From Antedon mediterranea (lineage: Eukaryota > Animalia > Echinodermata), in the NCBI RefSeq assembly GCF_964355755.1, contig NC_092672.1:19915237-19979236 (forward strand): a stretch of DNA of 64,000 nucleotides. The letters are read 5' to 3'. A program made the translations under genes and the position numbers. Shown in pieces: positions 56,201 through 64,000 of the stretch (its first letter is position 1; every line of letters begins with the position of its first letter). Below the pieces are notes generated by a model, which did not search any database, had not been told where the DNA came from, and saw only the letters and a program-made list of their open reading frames with translations.

Positions 56201-59200
56201 AACATGAAACTATCAGTATCCACATAAGATAAAAAAAATGATAACATGAAACTATCAGTATCCACATAAGATAAAAAAAAATGATAACATGAAACTATCA
56301 GTATCCACATAAGATAAAAAAAATGATAACATGAAACTATCAGTATCCACATAAGATAAAAAAAATGATAACATGAAACTATCAGTATCCACATAAGATA
56401 AAAAAAAATGATAACATGAAACTATCAGTATCCACATAAGATAAAAAAAATGATAACATGAAACTATCAGTATCCACATAAGATAAAAAAAAATGATAAC
56501 ATGAAACTATCAGTATCCACATAAGATAAAAAAAATGATAACATAAAACTATCAGTATCCACATAAGATAAAGAAAATCATCAAGGAAAGAATATAATAT
56601 TTTGTTGTTTTGTTATACAATACATTTTCATTGTAGATTCTGTCAGATTTACAATTGTTAGGATGAGATATAAACGAGCATTATAAATAATGTATTTCTA
56701 AAAATCATCATGTCTCAAGTTCAGCAAATTCTAAATAGAATTTAAACAAAAATCATAAAAGATGTGGTGGCTAGGTTTTTTTTTAAACGATTATACTAGA
56801 AATGGAAATATTTGTTTTTAAACAAAACTGTGTGAGCTATTATTTTAGGCCTTAATTATTACTGTATGTTATCTGAGATTAACAAAAGCATATAAGTATT
56901 AACTAACACTAATACACAAGCTAATTTTCCCACAAGCTGGCTTAAAAATCAAACTATTTAAAAAAAATTGATATGGTCTTCATTGCTAAGTAAATTTGGA
57001 AAAATGTTAGTATCTATATATAAATTTACGCAAGAGAAAAATTTGGTAAATCGCGCCTTACTTCTAGAATGTTTACTCGATGGTATATAAAGTTGGTTCG
57101 TACTTTCGGTACTGATTTTAACCACCTGATTTAACCCTGTTTACTAATTTAAATTGAGTTAGATAATTAGTTACTGACAATTAAAACAAATTTAGGTTCA
57201 ACGATTTGCCCCAAATAGGGAGTTTTCCAATCTGTCTAATGGAATTCCATCTTGAAAAATACCTGCACACAATAATATGAGGATGCTTGAAATTTACCTA
57301 TCTCCTTCTATGATAATTGTTTTTAATAGGCTGAAAACCGATTGAACACTTCGAGTATAGCATCATAATGTTGAAGACAGGTCGATTTTCTTTAAAAAAT
57401 ACTATTTTATAGATTTAATATACGTTTATACAAATGTATTGATTTGCGATGAATGAAAGATTTCAATCTCTCAGTCTCCCAGTATAAGTATTTGGTTTAA
57501 CACAAGTAGGTACATTTATGGGCCCTTCGAAGATAAACTTAAATCTTTAAATATAGTATTGCAATACGTACAATACTGTAAATACGTATTAACCATTTTT
57601 CGGTGCCATTTGTATCGCAAATTTCTTATAGCGAGTGTGGGTACTGTTAGATATATAAACACAAAATATACAAAACCTTTGTATTAATTAATTATTTATT
57701 ATAATTAAAAAAAATATAAACGTAGTAATGATGTATCGTTACATGTACTTTACTATTTCAATCGACTATGACAGTGACAGTTTTAACAAAGTATTAAATC
57801 GCAAATGTTCTACTCTATTTAGTGAGACAAATCTCATGACACAAAATACATGAATAAGGACCAATGTGAATGGCATAATAAAACAGTGTATCCTAGTGTT
57901 AAAAGAATGGTTTATTTAATAAAAACTAACTTTAAAATCTGTATTGAATGAATTGTAAGTGATACTGTTTTTGTTATTATGACTAATATGTTTATTTTGC
58001 ATAGATACAACAACTGCTACTCCTCTGTCTACAAGCTCATTAGAGACAGGTTAGTGGTTATTATTAGATCATGTATCATATGGACAGTTTGTCTGAAAAT
58101 ACATGAATATACATAATAGCATAACATCTTGGTGTCATTAGCAGAATAGTTGATTTAATACTGGTATTCTTGATTATGACTAATGTATATGTTTATTTTG
58201 CATAGATGCACTTATTGCTGCTCCTTTGGCTGCAAGCTCATTAGGGACAGGTAAAGGTGAGTAACATTAGATAGGGCAGTGTTACAACCATTTATGTAGT
58301 ACCAGCTATAATAAAACTACTGCTAAGAAAGAAACATTAAAGATATCATATCATTTATTTCATTTGAACAAATACAAACATGAAAACATAACAAATGTAA
58401 ATCAATGAGGCACGATTACCTAAAATAACAGCGGAGAAGCCAAAATAAGACATTCAAACATATTTAAAACATAATTAAAAGTTAAAATTGCTGTATATGA
58501 ATGACAAGATAGTTTAAATTGTATGAAGTTAAATATATTACAGCAAAATCCACCACAGGTTAGCTAATTCTTTAAAATAATCAAAGCCGAACAAATCAGA
58601 ATGGAATCGTGCTCATATTTCTTCTAACTTTCAGAAACATCAAATTATCAACATTATTTTCTTTGATATTATTAATTTGAATACTATAATAACAATTTTC
58701 AAATAGTAGACAAAACTTTTCTACGTAGGAAAGGTGGTCAAAATAATAACTAAAACATCCTTGAAAACAAAACAGCAATTTGTTAAGAGATAGATTGACA
58801 CACATATATAATATATATAAACTTTTATGGGGATAAAAATGCAATAATTATCCATCATTTGTTTTGCAGAAAATACATTGCAAGAAAAGTATTTTATTTT
58901 ACTAAAATATAAATATGCTTATTTTGCGGTGAAACATTTTAAGATTTGTTTAAGAGTGACTGGTATCAATCATAGTATAATAACTCTCAAACACTTGTTT
59001 TTGTAGAGAATACATCACAAGAACAATTCAACAAGTTGAAGTATGATCTTGGTTTACTCTATATTGGTGAGCGACTGCTGTTGTTGAAATGCTGTCTATT
59101 TGAACACGTAGACTTACAGCACCTTGGCAAGTCAAGTTGCACAGCAAATTACCTATTAAACCAACTACATGAACGTCGTTATATCACATCTACTAATGTC

Positions 59201-60121
59201 CGTCTGTTGCTAGAGGTGGCTGAGATTTCACAGTTGAAAGATGCTGAAGATCTCATAAATCAATATGTTGTAACCAACAAGGTTCCAAACACTGATGAAG
59301 GAACAAAGTCAGTTTCACCATATAGGAAACGATTGTGCATGGCATTGCAGCAATTTGACCCACATAAGTTAAATGATGTAATTGCTTACTATGGATTGAA
59401 CTTTGTTTGTTTACCAACAATTTGGGAATTAGTGTTTCACCTTGAAAGCAATAGAAAATTAGTAGAAGAATCAGAAAGAAAGAGGTTTGCTGAGCTTCTT
59501 GGACCAATCGCTAAGAAAATACTATTCAATGGTATGTATGTTGTATATTGTGCAAACATAATTTATAACAATTGAAGTCAATCTTTTTGATTTCTTACAT
59601 ACACAGTATGATTATAAATAATGTAAGCCATGTAAAGTATATTCAACTATAAATCACATCATAAATAAATATTGATAGCATAACCTGCATAATTACACCA
59701 TAATTGTTAAAATAGTAAAAATCAATCAATATGTAATTAGTATTACCTAAAGAAATCTCATAATTATACTTTAAGACTTAGCATACATGCAAGACCATTA
59801 GCACTGTATATAATGTCTTGTTTGACACAACTTTATCTATGTTTGTTGATGAAATTACTACTCTTTAAAAACAGAAAGACTTTTGATGACATTACAAGTT
59901 TTATAATACGTTGTGCTTGCAAAAATCCTATTATGAAATATATATTTTGTCTTTGTCTAATTTGTTATTGTACCTACTCCTAGTTCCTTCCTATGTTACT
60001 ATGTTATTGGTTAGTGAAAAGAATAAAAAATAAATTAATTTGAATTGAATTTTACCTATGATCACTTAAATGGCTTGTTTCAACTATATTATTAAGGGTT
60101 TTTCAATTTTTTTCAGATTAA
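2123..60121 (+). CDS. Multi-exon Roco-family gene, 5'-incomplete: ankyrin repeats - ROC GTPase - COR - linker - tandem DED-like domain; 24 exons, 3279 nt, about 1092 aa visible
   Basis: 24 exons with AG/GT boundaries and compatible phases splice into one open frame ending GAT TAA at 60119-60121; ankyrin, ROC G1-G4, COR and DED-like motifs occur in order. Confidence 0.85.
3256..3354 (+). CDS. Exon B, ankyrin repeat IGNTALHLAAANGHVDVCQTLVDMAAAVDQQNN
   Basis: 99 nt, ag|...|gtgagt, phase 0-0, GxTALHLAA..GH motif. Confidence 0.92.
4349..5850. mobile_element. Non-autonomous DNA transposon with long TIRs (TAGTCCAGTC...GACTGGACTA)
   Basis: 4349-4473 is the inverted copy of 5731-5850, and about 4724-4815 of about 5645-5731; no transposase ORF. 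Confidence 0.8.
6612..8970 (-). pseudogene. Decayed non-LTR retrotransposon (CR1/L2-group-like) with ORF1, EN and RT relics
   Basis: On - strand: ERHSRSYNLRFG, PRHIII and YVIDDLP (about 8640-8876), HRPTN and DVPDH (EN-like), FLDLSKTFDVV (about 7515-7550), FSDDTT (about 7373-7390); many stops and frameshifts. Confidence 0.6.
11281..12364 (+). repeat. 1.1-kb intronic block also present at about 36125-37188 and 40335-41590
   Basis: Three collinear copies from aaatagtcataaaattaaatc to cctattatattattcttaat. Confidence 0.9.
13956..15410. mobile_element. Non-autonomous Mutator-like (MULE) element
   Basis: About 80-bp near-perfect TIRs (CGCCGTGGTTAGGATTCCGG...), 9-bp direct repeat ATTAAAAAA at 13947-13955 and 15411-15419. 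Confidence 0.8.
14191..14835. mobile_element. Nested non-autonomous hAT-like element inside the MULE
   Basis: 16-bp TIR CAGCCCACGAA(A/T)TTCA, subterminal AAGGTCGGCA motifs in both orientations, flanking direct repeat CCTATT. Confidence 0.75.
17045..17143 (+). CDS. Exon C, ankyrin repeat FLRTPLSYAAQAGHSSTCMCLINAGSDVNIADT
   Basis: 99 nt, tttcag|...|gtaagt, phase 0-0, TPL..AA..GH...LI.AG.DVN; not in the ORF track. Confidence 0.88.
20264..21711 (-). mobile_element. Non-autonomous Helitron with both termini
   Basis: - strand reads A|TCTATATATAAATTTACG ... hairpin CTAGATGGTACGCGAGCGAAGCGAGCGTACCATCTAG|T: TC start, CTAG end, A-T insertion site, no TSD. Confidence 0.8.
25450..25646 (-). mobile_element. 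tRNA-derived SINE with CORE-like body
   Basis: A box TGGCGCAGTG and B box GGTTCGAATCC, followed by GGCAAGGTACTTTAC...GCCTCTCTCCACCCATGTGTATAAAATGGGTACC. Confidence 0.7.
25836..25925. repeat. 28-bp tandem repeat, 3 copies
   Basis: ataatgaacagaacagagtatgctcagt-like unit. Confidence 0.8.
26826..26970. repeat. About 68-bp tandem duplication, 2 copies
   Basis: actgtttatatttt(g/a)tgtggtgtagtaggtacagggg...cctatgctacagcagtat occurs twice. Confidence 0.8.
27745..27957 (-). mobile_element. tRNA-derived SINE (third family)
   Basis: A box TGGTCTAGTGG and B box GTTCGAATCC, then a non-tRNA body and a TA-rich tail; left boundary approximate. Confidence 0.55.
28045..28362. mobile_element. MITE with TTAA target duplication (Kolobok-like)
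   Basis: ttaa|AGATGTATTGTCCCCC...GGGGGACAATACATCT|ttaa. Confidence 0.8.
28933..34161 (+). repeat. Intronic segmental duplicate of 6612..10321, including the LINE relic
   Basis: Long collinear similarity with copy-specific indels, e.g. extra 29259-29346 and about 31111-31904. Confidence 0.9.
29259..29346 (+). mobile_element. Miniature DINE-1/Helentron-associated-like element
   Basis: AGTCGCGTGGACGCGACT palindrome, (GTCN)n microsatellite, repeated CACGCGACT; inserted in a T run that is empty in the paralogous block near 6935. Confidence 0.65.
38806..38910 (+). CDS. Exon D, atypical ankyrin repeat NGNTPLHIHLAQRNPTLEMVTCLINKGASVTSQNK
   Basis: 105 nt, ttccag|...|gtaata, phase 0-0, GNTPLH and L..KGA motifs. 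Confidence 0.88.
41128..41367 (-). mobile_element. Full-length tRNA-derived SINE
   Basis: A box TGGCTTGGTGG, B box GGTTCAAGTCC, A-rich tail; interrupts catacat|gctgattgcc, which is intact in the paralog at about 36941. Confidence 0.8.
43087..43191 (+). CDS. Exon E, duplicate of exon D, NGNTPLHIHLARRNPTLEMVTCLINKGASVTSQNK
   Basis: 105 nt, intact splice sites, 5 nt differences from exon D. Confidence 0.85.
44402..44512 (+). CDS. Exon F, divergent ankyrin repeat NGNPPLYEYLIENPNPTSEIVIFLIKNDGALLTLLNK
   Basis: 111 nt, cccacag|...|gtaatc, phase 0-0, visibly related to exons D and E. Confidence 0.82.
45190..45405. repeat. Degenerate array of about 18-bp units (ccacctctcgtaagcga-like)
   Basis: Roughly ten diverged units; likely a transposon subterminal relic. 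Confidence 0.55.
45467..45631. repeat. 82-bp tandem duplication, 2 copies
   Basis: aaagctcactcatattatggg...aaacacagg occurs twice. Confidence 0.9.
45843..45927 (+). CDS. Exon G, ankyrin cap/linker EGKTPESIVETNMYITKKEKIVILNYFD
   Basis: tttttag|...|gtaagt, starts with GKTP, phase 0-1 matches exon H. Confidence 0.8.
46127..46741 (+). mobile_element. 5'-truncated LINE (Rex1/Babar or L2-group RT C-terminus) with 3' UTR
   Basis: ORF 46184-46576 has HPLH..F....SG.R.R....T.RF..SF.P.AI.L.N; AATAAA then (ATGACT)3 tail. Confidence 0.8.
46841..47156. mobile_element. Second copy of the TTAA MITE; an end fragment is also at about 5081-5120
   Basis: ttaa|AGATGTGTCCCCC...GGGGGACAATACATCT|ttaa, internal sequence collinear with 28045..28362. 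Confidence 0.8.
47375..47540 (+). CDS. Exon H, pre-ROC helix VPAEIRARG and ROC P-loop CMFLGKEGAGKTS
   Basis: GxxxxGKT Walker A motif after a hydrophobic strand; phase 1-2. Confidence 0.92.
47923..48023 (+). CDS. Exon I, ROC switch I (FNSAEQSTDGIVTTT)
   Basis: STxGI ROC G2 motif; phase 2-1. Confidence 0.9.
48380..48448 (+). CDS. Exon J, ROC insertion DIELSEQIRSHALGEKVDKRLKE
   Basis: tgtatag|...|gtaggc, phase 1-1, stays in frame. Confidence 0.78.
48568..48698 (+). CDS. Exon K, ROC G3 (SVWDYAGQLDYYITHR)
   Basis: WDxAGQ..YY.TH ROC signature; phase 1-0. Confidence 0.93.
49663..49900 (+). mobile_element. CR1-like LINE 3' fragment
   Basis: Translates KLNLRRNSFSFRVVLLWNGLSDYVVSASSLN, matching the CR1 ORF2 C-terminal motif. 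Confidence 0.65.
50471..51447. repeat. 89-bp minisatellite, 11 copies
   Basis: aaacatacatagcaatacac recurs every 89 bp from 50471 to 51361. Confidence 0.95.
51753..51842 (+). CDS. Exon L, ROC (FFLTNTVSYCVAFNVMDNLDEPAKPRGSKI)
   Basis: Continues the TH-x-FFL ROC motif; 90 nt, phase 0-0. Confidence 0.9.
51955..52143 (+). CDS. Exon M, ROC G4 (FWIRSI ... PPICLVATHVD)
   Basis: W..SI and P..LVxTHxD ROC motifs; 189 nt, phase 0-0. Confidence 0.92.
53233..53475 (+). CDS. Exon N, ROC end (VDN) and COR start (VPVKWVNL)
   Basis: VDN G5-like motif and P..W COR start; weak acceptor, with an in-frame alternative cag at 53239-53241. Confidence 0.87.
53667..53861 (+). CDS. Exon O, COR (AIEYMNDIGIILY ... NTVITDLQMMI)
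   Basis: Resembles the COR consensus L.FLHD.G.I.Y...V..DP.W; 195 nt, phase 0-0. Confidence 0.9.
54027..54188 (+). CDS. Exon P, COR (GILEERLLRYLW ... MKTFGLLFE)
   Basis: G.L...L...LW and M..F.L COR motifs; 162 nt. Confidence 0.9.
54389..54676 (+). CDS. Exon Q, COR (FFVPSRM ... FLPNAVYNTLVV)
   Basis: Y/FxVP and F.P..F..L.V COR motifs; 288 nt, phase 0-0. Confidence 0.9.
54911..54991 (+). CDS. Exon R, LEITHLTEVDGNARGQMKEPQPSFCIE
   Basis: catcag|...|gtaaag, 81 nt, in frame. Confidence 0.82.
55483..55693 (+). CDS. Exon S, COR C-terminus with Cys/His cluster (LCVLCTAC...HLHDLKKC...VKC...W)
   Basis: tttgtag|...|gttagt, phase 0-1. Confidence 0.85.
55924..55953 (+). CDS. Micro-exon T (EYGETISSVA), 30 nt
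   Basis: ttctgcag|...CAG|gtttgt, phase 1-1, no stop. Confidence 0.6.
56021..56575. repeat. 42-43-bp minisatellite, about 13 copies
   Basis: Unit atgataacatgaaactatcagtatccacataagat(a)n; source of four spurious - strand ORFs. Confidence 0.95.
57013..57824 (+). mobile_element. 3'-truncated copy of the same Helitron family
   Basis: Starts A|TCTATATATAAATTTACG; 57013-57470 and about 57715-57824 match the reverse complement of parts of 20264-21711; no terminal hairpin seen. Confidence 0.75.
58005..58049 (+). CDS. Micro-exon U (DTTTATPLSTSSLET), 45 nt
   Basis: ttttgcatag|...CAG|gttagt, phase 1-1. Confidence 0.75.
58206..58250 (+). CDS. Micro-exon V (DALIAAPLAASSLGT), 45 nt, paralog of U
   Basis: ttttgcatag|...CAG|gtaaag, phase 1-1; second in-frame donor gtgagt at 58257. 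Confidence 0.75.
59007..59531 (+). CDS. Exon W, tandem death-effector-domain-like module
   Basis: Two helical units of about 80 aa: F..L...L.....LK..L ... L...L.ERRYI...NV.LL.E, then SPYRKRL...L ... WELVFHLE, similar to caspase-8/cFLIP tandem DEDs; 525 nt, phase 1-1. Confidence 0.75.
60117..60121 (+). CDS. Coding part of the terminal exon: completes Asp (G|AT), then TAA
   Basis: Strong acceptor tttttttcag at 60107-60116; phase 1 gives GAT TAA. Confidence 0.7.
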
Positions 60122-60217
60122 TAAGCAATTCCACTTCTATCTAGTCTAGCAGAAAATTGAAAGAGTACTACAGACATGTGACAAAATCAAGTAAAACATT
60201 GGAAGAAAATAAAAGAG

Positions 60218-60523
60218 TATAGTACCGTAACCAAAACGAGTCTCATTACCATGCGAGACAACCAAACGAGTAGGGTATCGTAACCAAAACAAGTATCATT
60301 ACCATGCGAGACAACCAAACGAGTAGGGTATCGTAACCAAAACAAGTCTCATTACCATGCGAGACAACCAAACGAGTAGGGTATCGTAACCAAAACAAGT
60401 CTCATTACCATGCGAGACAACCAAACGAGTAGGGTACCATAACAAAAACAAGTCTCATTACCATGCGAGACAACCAAACGAGTAGGTTATCGTAACCAAA
60501 ACAAGTATCATTACCATGCGAGA
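60218..60523. repeat. 53-bp tandem repeat, about 5.7 copies, in the putative 3' UTR
   Basis: Unit gtaaccaaaacaagtctcattaccatgcgagacaaccaaacgagtagggtatc. Confidence 0.93.
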
Positions 60524-61157
60524 CGTACATGCAAACAAATACACAGTTAAAAAGTAAAAATAAAACACCTGCAATACCATTAGTTACAATGTTATTCATC
60601 TTGTCAGATTACGTCCATACATGAAAGGTTTAAAATATTGGTATGTTGCTGTACTATATTATTTAGATTAATAGTTGAAACCAATCAAACTGTGGTATGT
60701 TTGTAAATATCATTCGTTTTGTATATCCTTGTTGAACTTTATTATTAGTATAATACAGAATATGTGCATTTCTAGTTTCAAACTTAGTAACATTCACTTG
60801 GAAACAGAATAATGTATATAATTATTATAAAGTGTCGATCATTTTGTATATTCTTGTTTGTATTCATTATTCAGTTAAACATAAGTTTATAAAAAGTATT
60901 ACTTTTTAAGATGAAATACTTTGTTTTCTTTGAATATAATTAATCATTGGTGAACACTGGATTCTTGAAGGTCATCATGTGGATGTAAAATTCACATTTC
61001 ACTGAGCATTCACAACCATTAAGAATAAATCTTAGTTACAATAAGAATATTCTGCAATGACAGTCAGTTTTAATGCCAACTTTTTTCACAATTTAATTTT
61101 TTTACTGCCATATAATTAAGTTTAGTGTTTAAATGTTTGTTTTACTTTGTTTTTCTG

Positions 61158-61163
61158 AATAAA
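61158..61163 (+). promoter_or_regulatory. Candidate polyadenylation signal AATAAA (others at 60208 and 61024)
   Basis: AATAAA downstream of the stop in T-rich context; the true 3' end is unknown. Confidence 0.3.
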
Positions 61164-62448
61164 GAAACCTTTATATATTAGTCTTTAACTGTGTATGATA
61201 TTCATAAATTAACAACATGTATTTTAATGTATTTTTATGTATAAATTTAATAATCAGCAATTTTTCAAATTATTTTCTTAATGCTAACTCCTTTTCATAA
61301 CTATGATACCAGTTATTCCGATATTTACTTTTCAATTCAATTTCGTAACCGATATATGGCTAGAAATCCCATTTCTAGCCGTCCAATCTAATGGAATGGT
61401 ATTGATGCTTTTATACAACATACTTGTTATATAATCTATCCACATTTCTTGTTTTATGTAGTAAATATCATGTTTTTAATTGTTACCGTCTTTTCTTATT
61501 TGTTTTTAAGATTGCCAAACCTTGTACGGCTTTGCTATTCTTTCCATTTAAATATATGTCGGGATTCTATTGTGATACATCTAGTGAATCACACAAATCA
61601 ATTGGTTACCCACCAATTATGCCCAGTCTCAGCTGAAATATGTCCTATGTGTTCACAACCCTTATATATATATATATATGTATAAATCAAAAGAAAGTAA
61701 AACATGCAAACTAGATTGAAAATGAAAGCCATTTATTATACGATTGTACACAGCTAATATGTTATGATACCATATTATATAGGAATCAGTTTATAAAATG
61801 TAGTGTTAACTATCTGTCGGTTATTTTGTACTCCAAAGCAGATGTATTTTGTGATGTAGTTAAGTATCTATGGACGTTTAATTACGAAAGGAAAATTATA
61901 AAACATATTTTAAATATTTTTATATCACTATTTTGAATTTAAAGTATCTAATTTACAGTACTAAATTGTTTATATTTGTATGATAAAATATTATAAATGA
62001 ATAAAAGCGGGATGATATTTCCATGAAATATTTTTGAATACCGTGATAATAATTTGTATATTTTGAGCTTAATTCATTTTAAATCTTTGTCATTGTAAGA
62101 AGAGAACACCAAGTATTGCATCCGCGTCTCTTTGGTTGTCGTTTAAATATCACGTCATCGTTCATCATCATTGCCGTTCGTGTTCATTATCATTGTCACT
62201 ATCGTCATTATTATCAAATCATTCGTCACCATCATTCGAAACGGTATATTAAAATGCAACATATTTTTTCGGAATTCTGTGGGGCAATTTGTACGAATGC
62301 GTGTCTTTAAATTATCTCTAGACTTCAAAAGTACATAATTAAATGCACCGTGCAGGAATCAGTAACTTCCAGAAAGAGATCCAAATACTTTGAGGAACTG
62401 TAAGCACGCCGAAAAAAAAACAACTCATCATGGTGAAGTGAACATGAA

Positions 62449-62554
62449 CAAGGCCAACAGCCATAAGTCGCGTGCTAATACGCATAGTGATACCGGACCG
62501 ACAGACCGACCGACCGACCGACATAGTGAACTATAGAGTCGCGTCCACGCGACT
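62449..62554 (-). mobile_element. Second DINE-like copy; a degenerate third copy is at about 24587-24678
   Basis: Reverse complement of 29259..29346 with a longer (GGTC)n tract. Confidence 0.65.
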
Positions 62555-62845
62555 AAAAATAGTAGGCAAACATCATGAGTAAAAAATGGTCACGATAACT
62601 GGTGTGTAATACAAAATTGCTCAGTTGACCATAAATACAATAATATGATAATACGTCATAATCATCGTAACCAACAACATTAAATAGTTAGATTATTCCT
62701 CATGAATGCTATAAATAATAAACTGAATGAAGCTACTCTAAATAAATATAAAGTTTAGTTTGGAGTTAACCGCTTAATGATGAGACCAGTGAGTTTGCAG
62801 AATTTGATAATTACCAACTTAATACAAAAAATAGAAAGACAAAAG

Positions 62846-62964
62846 AAAGGAGGTGGTCTATATTGCCAACGGAACTATTATGTGAGACACTTACCGACCA
62901 CAACAAAAGGAGGTGGTCTATATTGACAACGGAACTATTATGTGAGACACTTACCGACCACAAC
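62846..62964. repeat. 60-bp tandem duplication, 2 copies
   Basis: aaaggaggtggtctatattg...ccgaccacaac occurs twice. Confidence 0.9.
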
Positions 62965-64000
62965 AACTGCCCTTTTGAATGCCTTTTGATTAAAGTTACA
63001 TTACCAAGAATGTGCAAACTCTTTAGCACCAATCGGTCGAACCATCGCAACTTTATTCTTATATGCCCGACGAAAGAGATAAATACTAAGATCATAAATC
63101 ACAATGAAGACACAGTTCTACGAGAGTTCGTCAGTTAGATCTTTCGGCCAATGTATACAATGGAGATGATCCTTTTCTCTCGGATGGTAATGTTAATGCC
63201 AAAACTAATTTATATAATTCAATTATGCATGATACTTACAATGGGCATTTCCCAGTGATTACTAGCAGTAAGCGGGTTACAGATAAAACTGACGCACAAC
63301 ATAAGAAAATTAGTTAATTAATTAAGTTGCTAAATTTAATTTGAGATAAATTTTAAAAGCTGATCAATGGGCCAGACTTCGGAATTTTGTACAAAAAATA
63401 ATTTAGTTTACCAGCATAATTGCCATCAAGAGAACCTCCCCAGTTATATTCATATACTTTTTTTTGTATAATTTGTTCATCATTTGTATATTGTAATTGT
63501 ATTTCTTTCATACGGTCTCGTGGAAGAACACATTTTGTTGTGAACGAGCCTCCGTTTTAAAATAAATATATTGTTATTATTATATATGCCTGGAAAGTAC
63601 GGAAAAGGCTTAATATAGCTTGATTTAAAAACATCTAAAGCTGGTCATCCCGACAATTAACCAGTGAGCTTAATAATGGATTTTGCACCTACTAACTCCA
63701 ATTATCACGAATATGTTGAACAGTGTACTAGTGAAAGATATTTTTTTTGGAGGATTGGAAGAAGTCCACTCAGTTTACAATATAAAAGGTTAAAAATGCC
63801 AAGACTTTAAATGTGCTTAGACCTATCTCGCTCTCTCCATTTTTGTTTGAATATTTCATTTTTCAATGGATTCTCTAGAATAACAGTGACGGATAAGAGG
63901 CAATAGCTGCAAGCAGAGCTCGACAACTTTCCATCTTATCAGCGTCATTGACAAATCCTGAAGGGTTTTAAGAGAGATAGCTTTGATGCAAATATTTGTG

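Noticed and set aside
55944-56564. Four - strand ORFs with MWILIVSCYHFFYL repeats
   Set aside because: Translations of a 42-43-bp minisatellite, with frameshifts at the A runs
56637-56690. Possible extra linker exon after ttttcattgtag
   Set aside because: No suitable donor before an in-frame TAA in phase 1
2123-60121. Naming the gene DAPK1, LRRK or MFHAS1
   Set aside because: No kinase or LRR is visible, the C-terminus is tandem DED-like, and the 5' end is outside the window, so orthology cannot be shown
466-63138. Remaining 60-105 aa ORFs in the supplied track
   Set aside because: I/F/L/Y/K-rich low-complexity translations expected in AT-rich introns, or antisense to real exons, with no recognisable domains

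Overview
This is AT-rich eukaryotic (animal) genomic DNA, most likely from a marine invertebrate; an echinoderm such as a crinoid is my guess only. Nearly all of the window is one + strand spliced gene whose 5' end lies upstream of the window. I assembled 24 GT-AG exons by hand (2123..60121) that join in frame into about 1092 aa. The domain order is ankyrin repeats (one repeat per phase-0 exon), a ROC GTPase (GKEGAGKT, STDGI, WDYAGQ, THVD), COR with a Cys/His cluster, a micro-exon Ser/Thr linker, and a C-terminal tandem death-effector-domain (DED)-like module. This is a Roco-family protein with no kinase in the visible part. The ankyrin region sits in very long introns and shows signs of ongoing exon duplication: a 4-kb head-to-tail duplication copies one ankyrin exon, and an older duplication has an offset of about 23 kb. 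The introns carry Helitrons, nested DNA transposons, MITEs, SINEs, LINE relics and minisatellites. Most ORFs in the supplied track are spurious or are exon fragments. All calls come from manual reading with no database searches, so small exons may have been missed.
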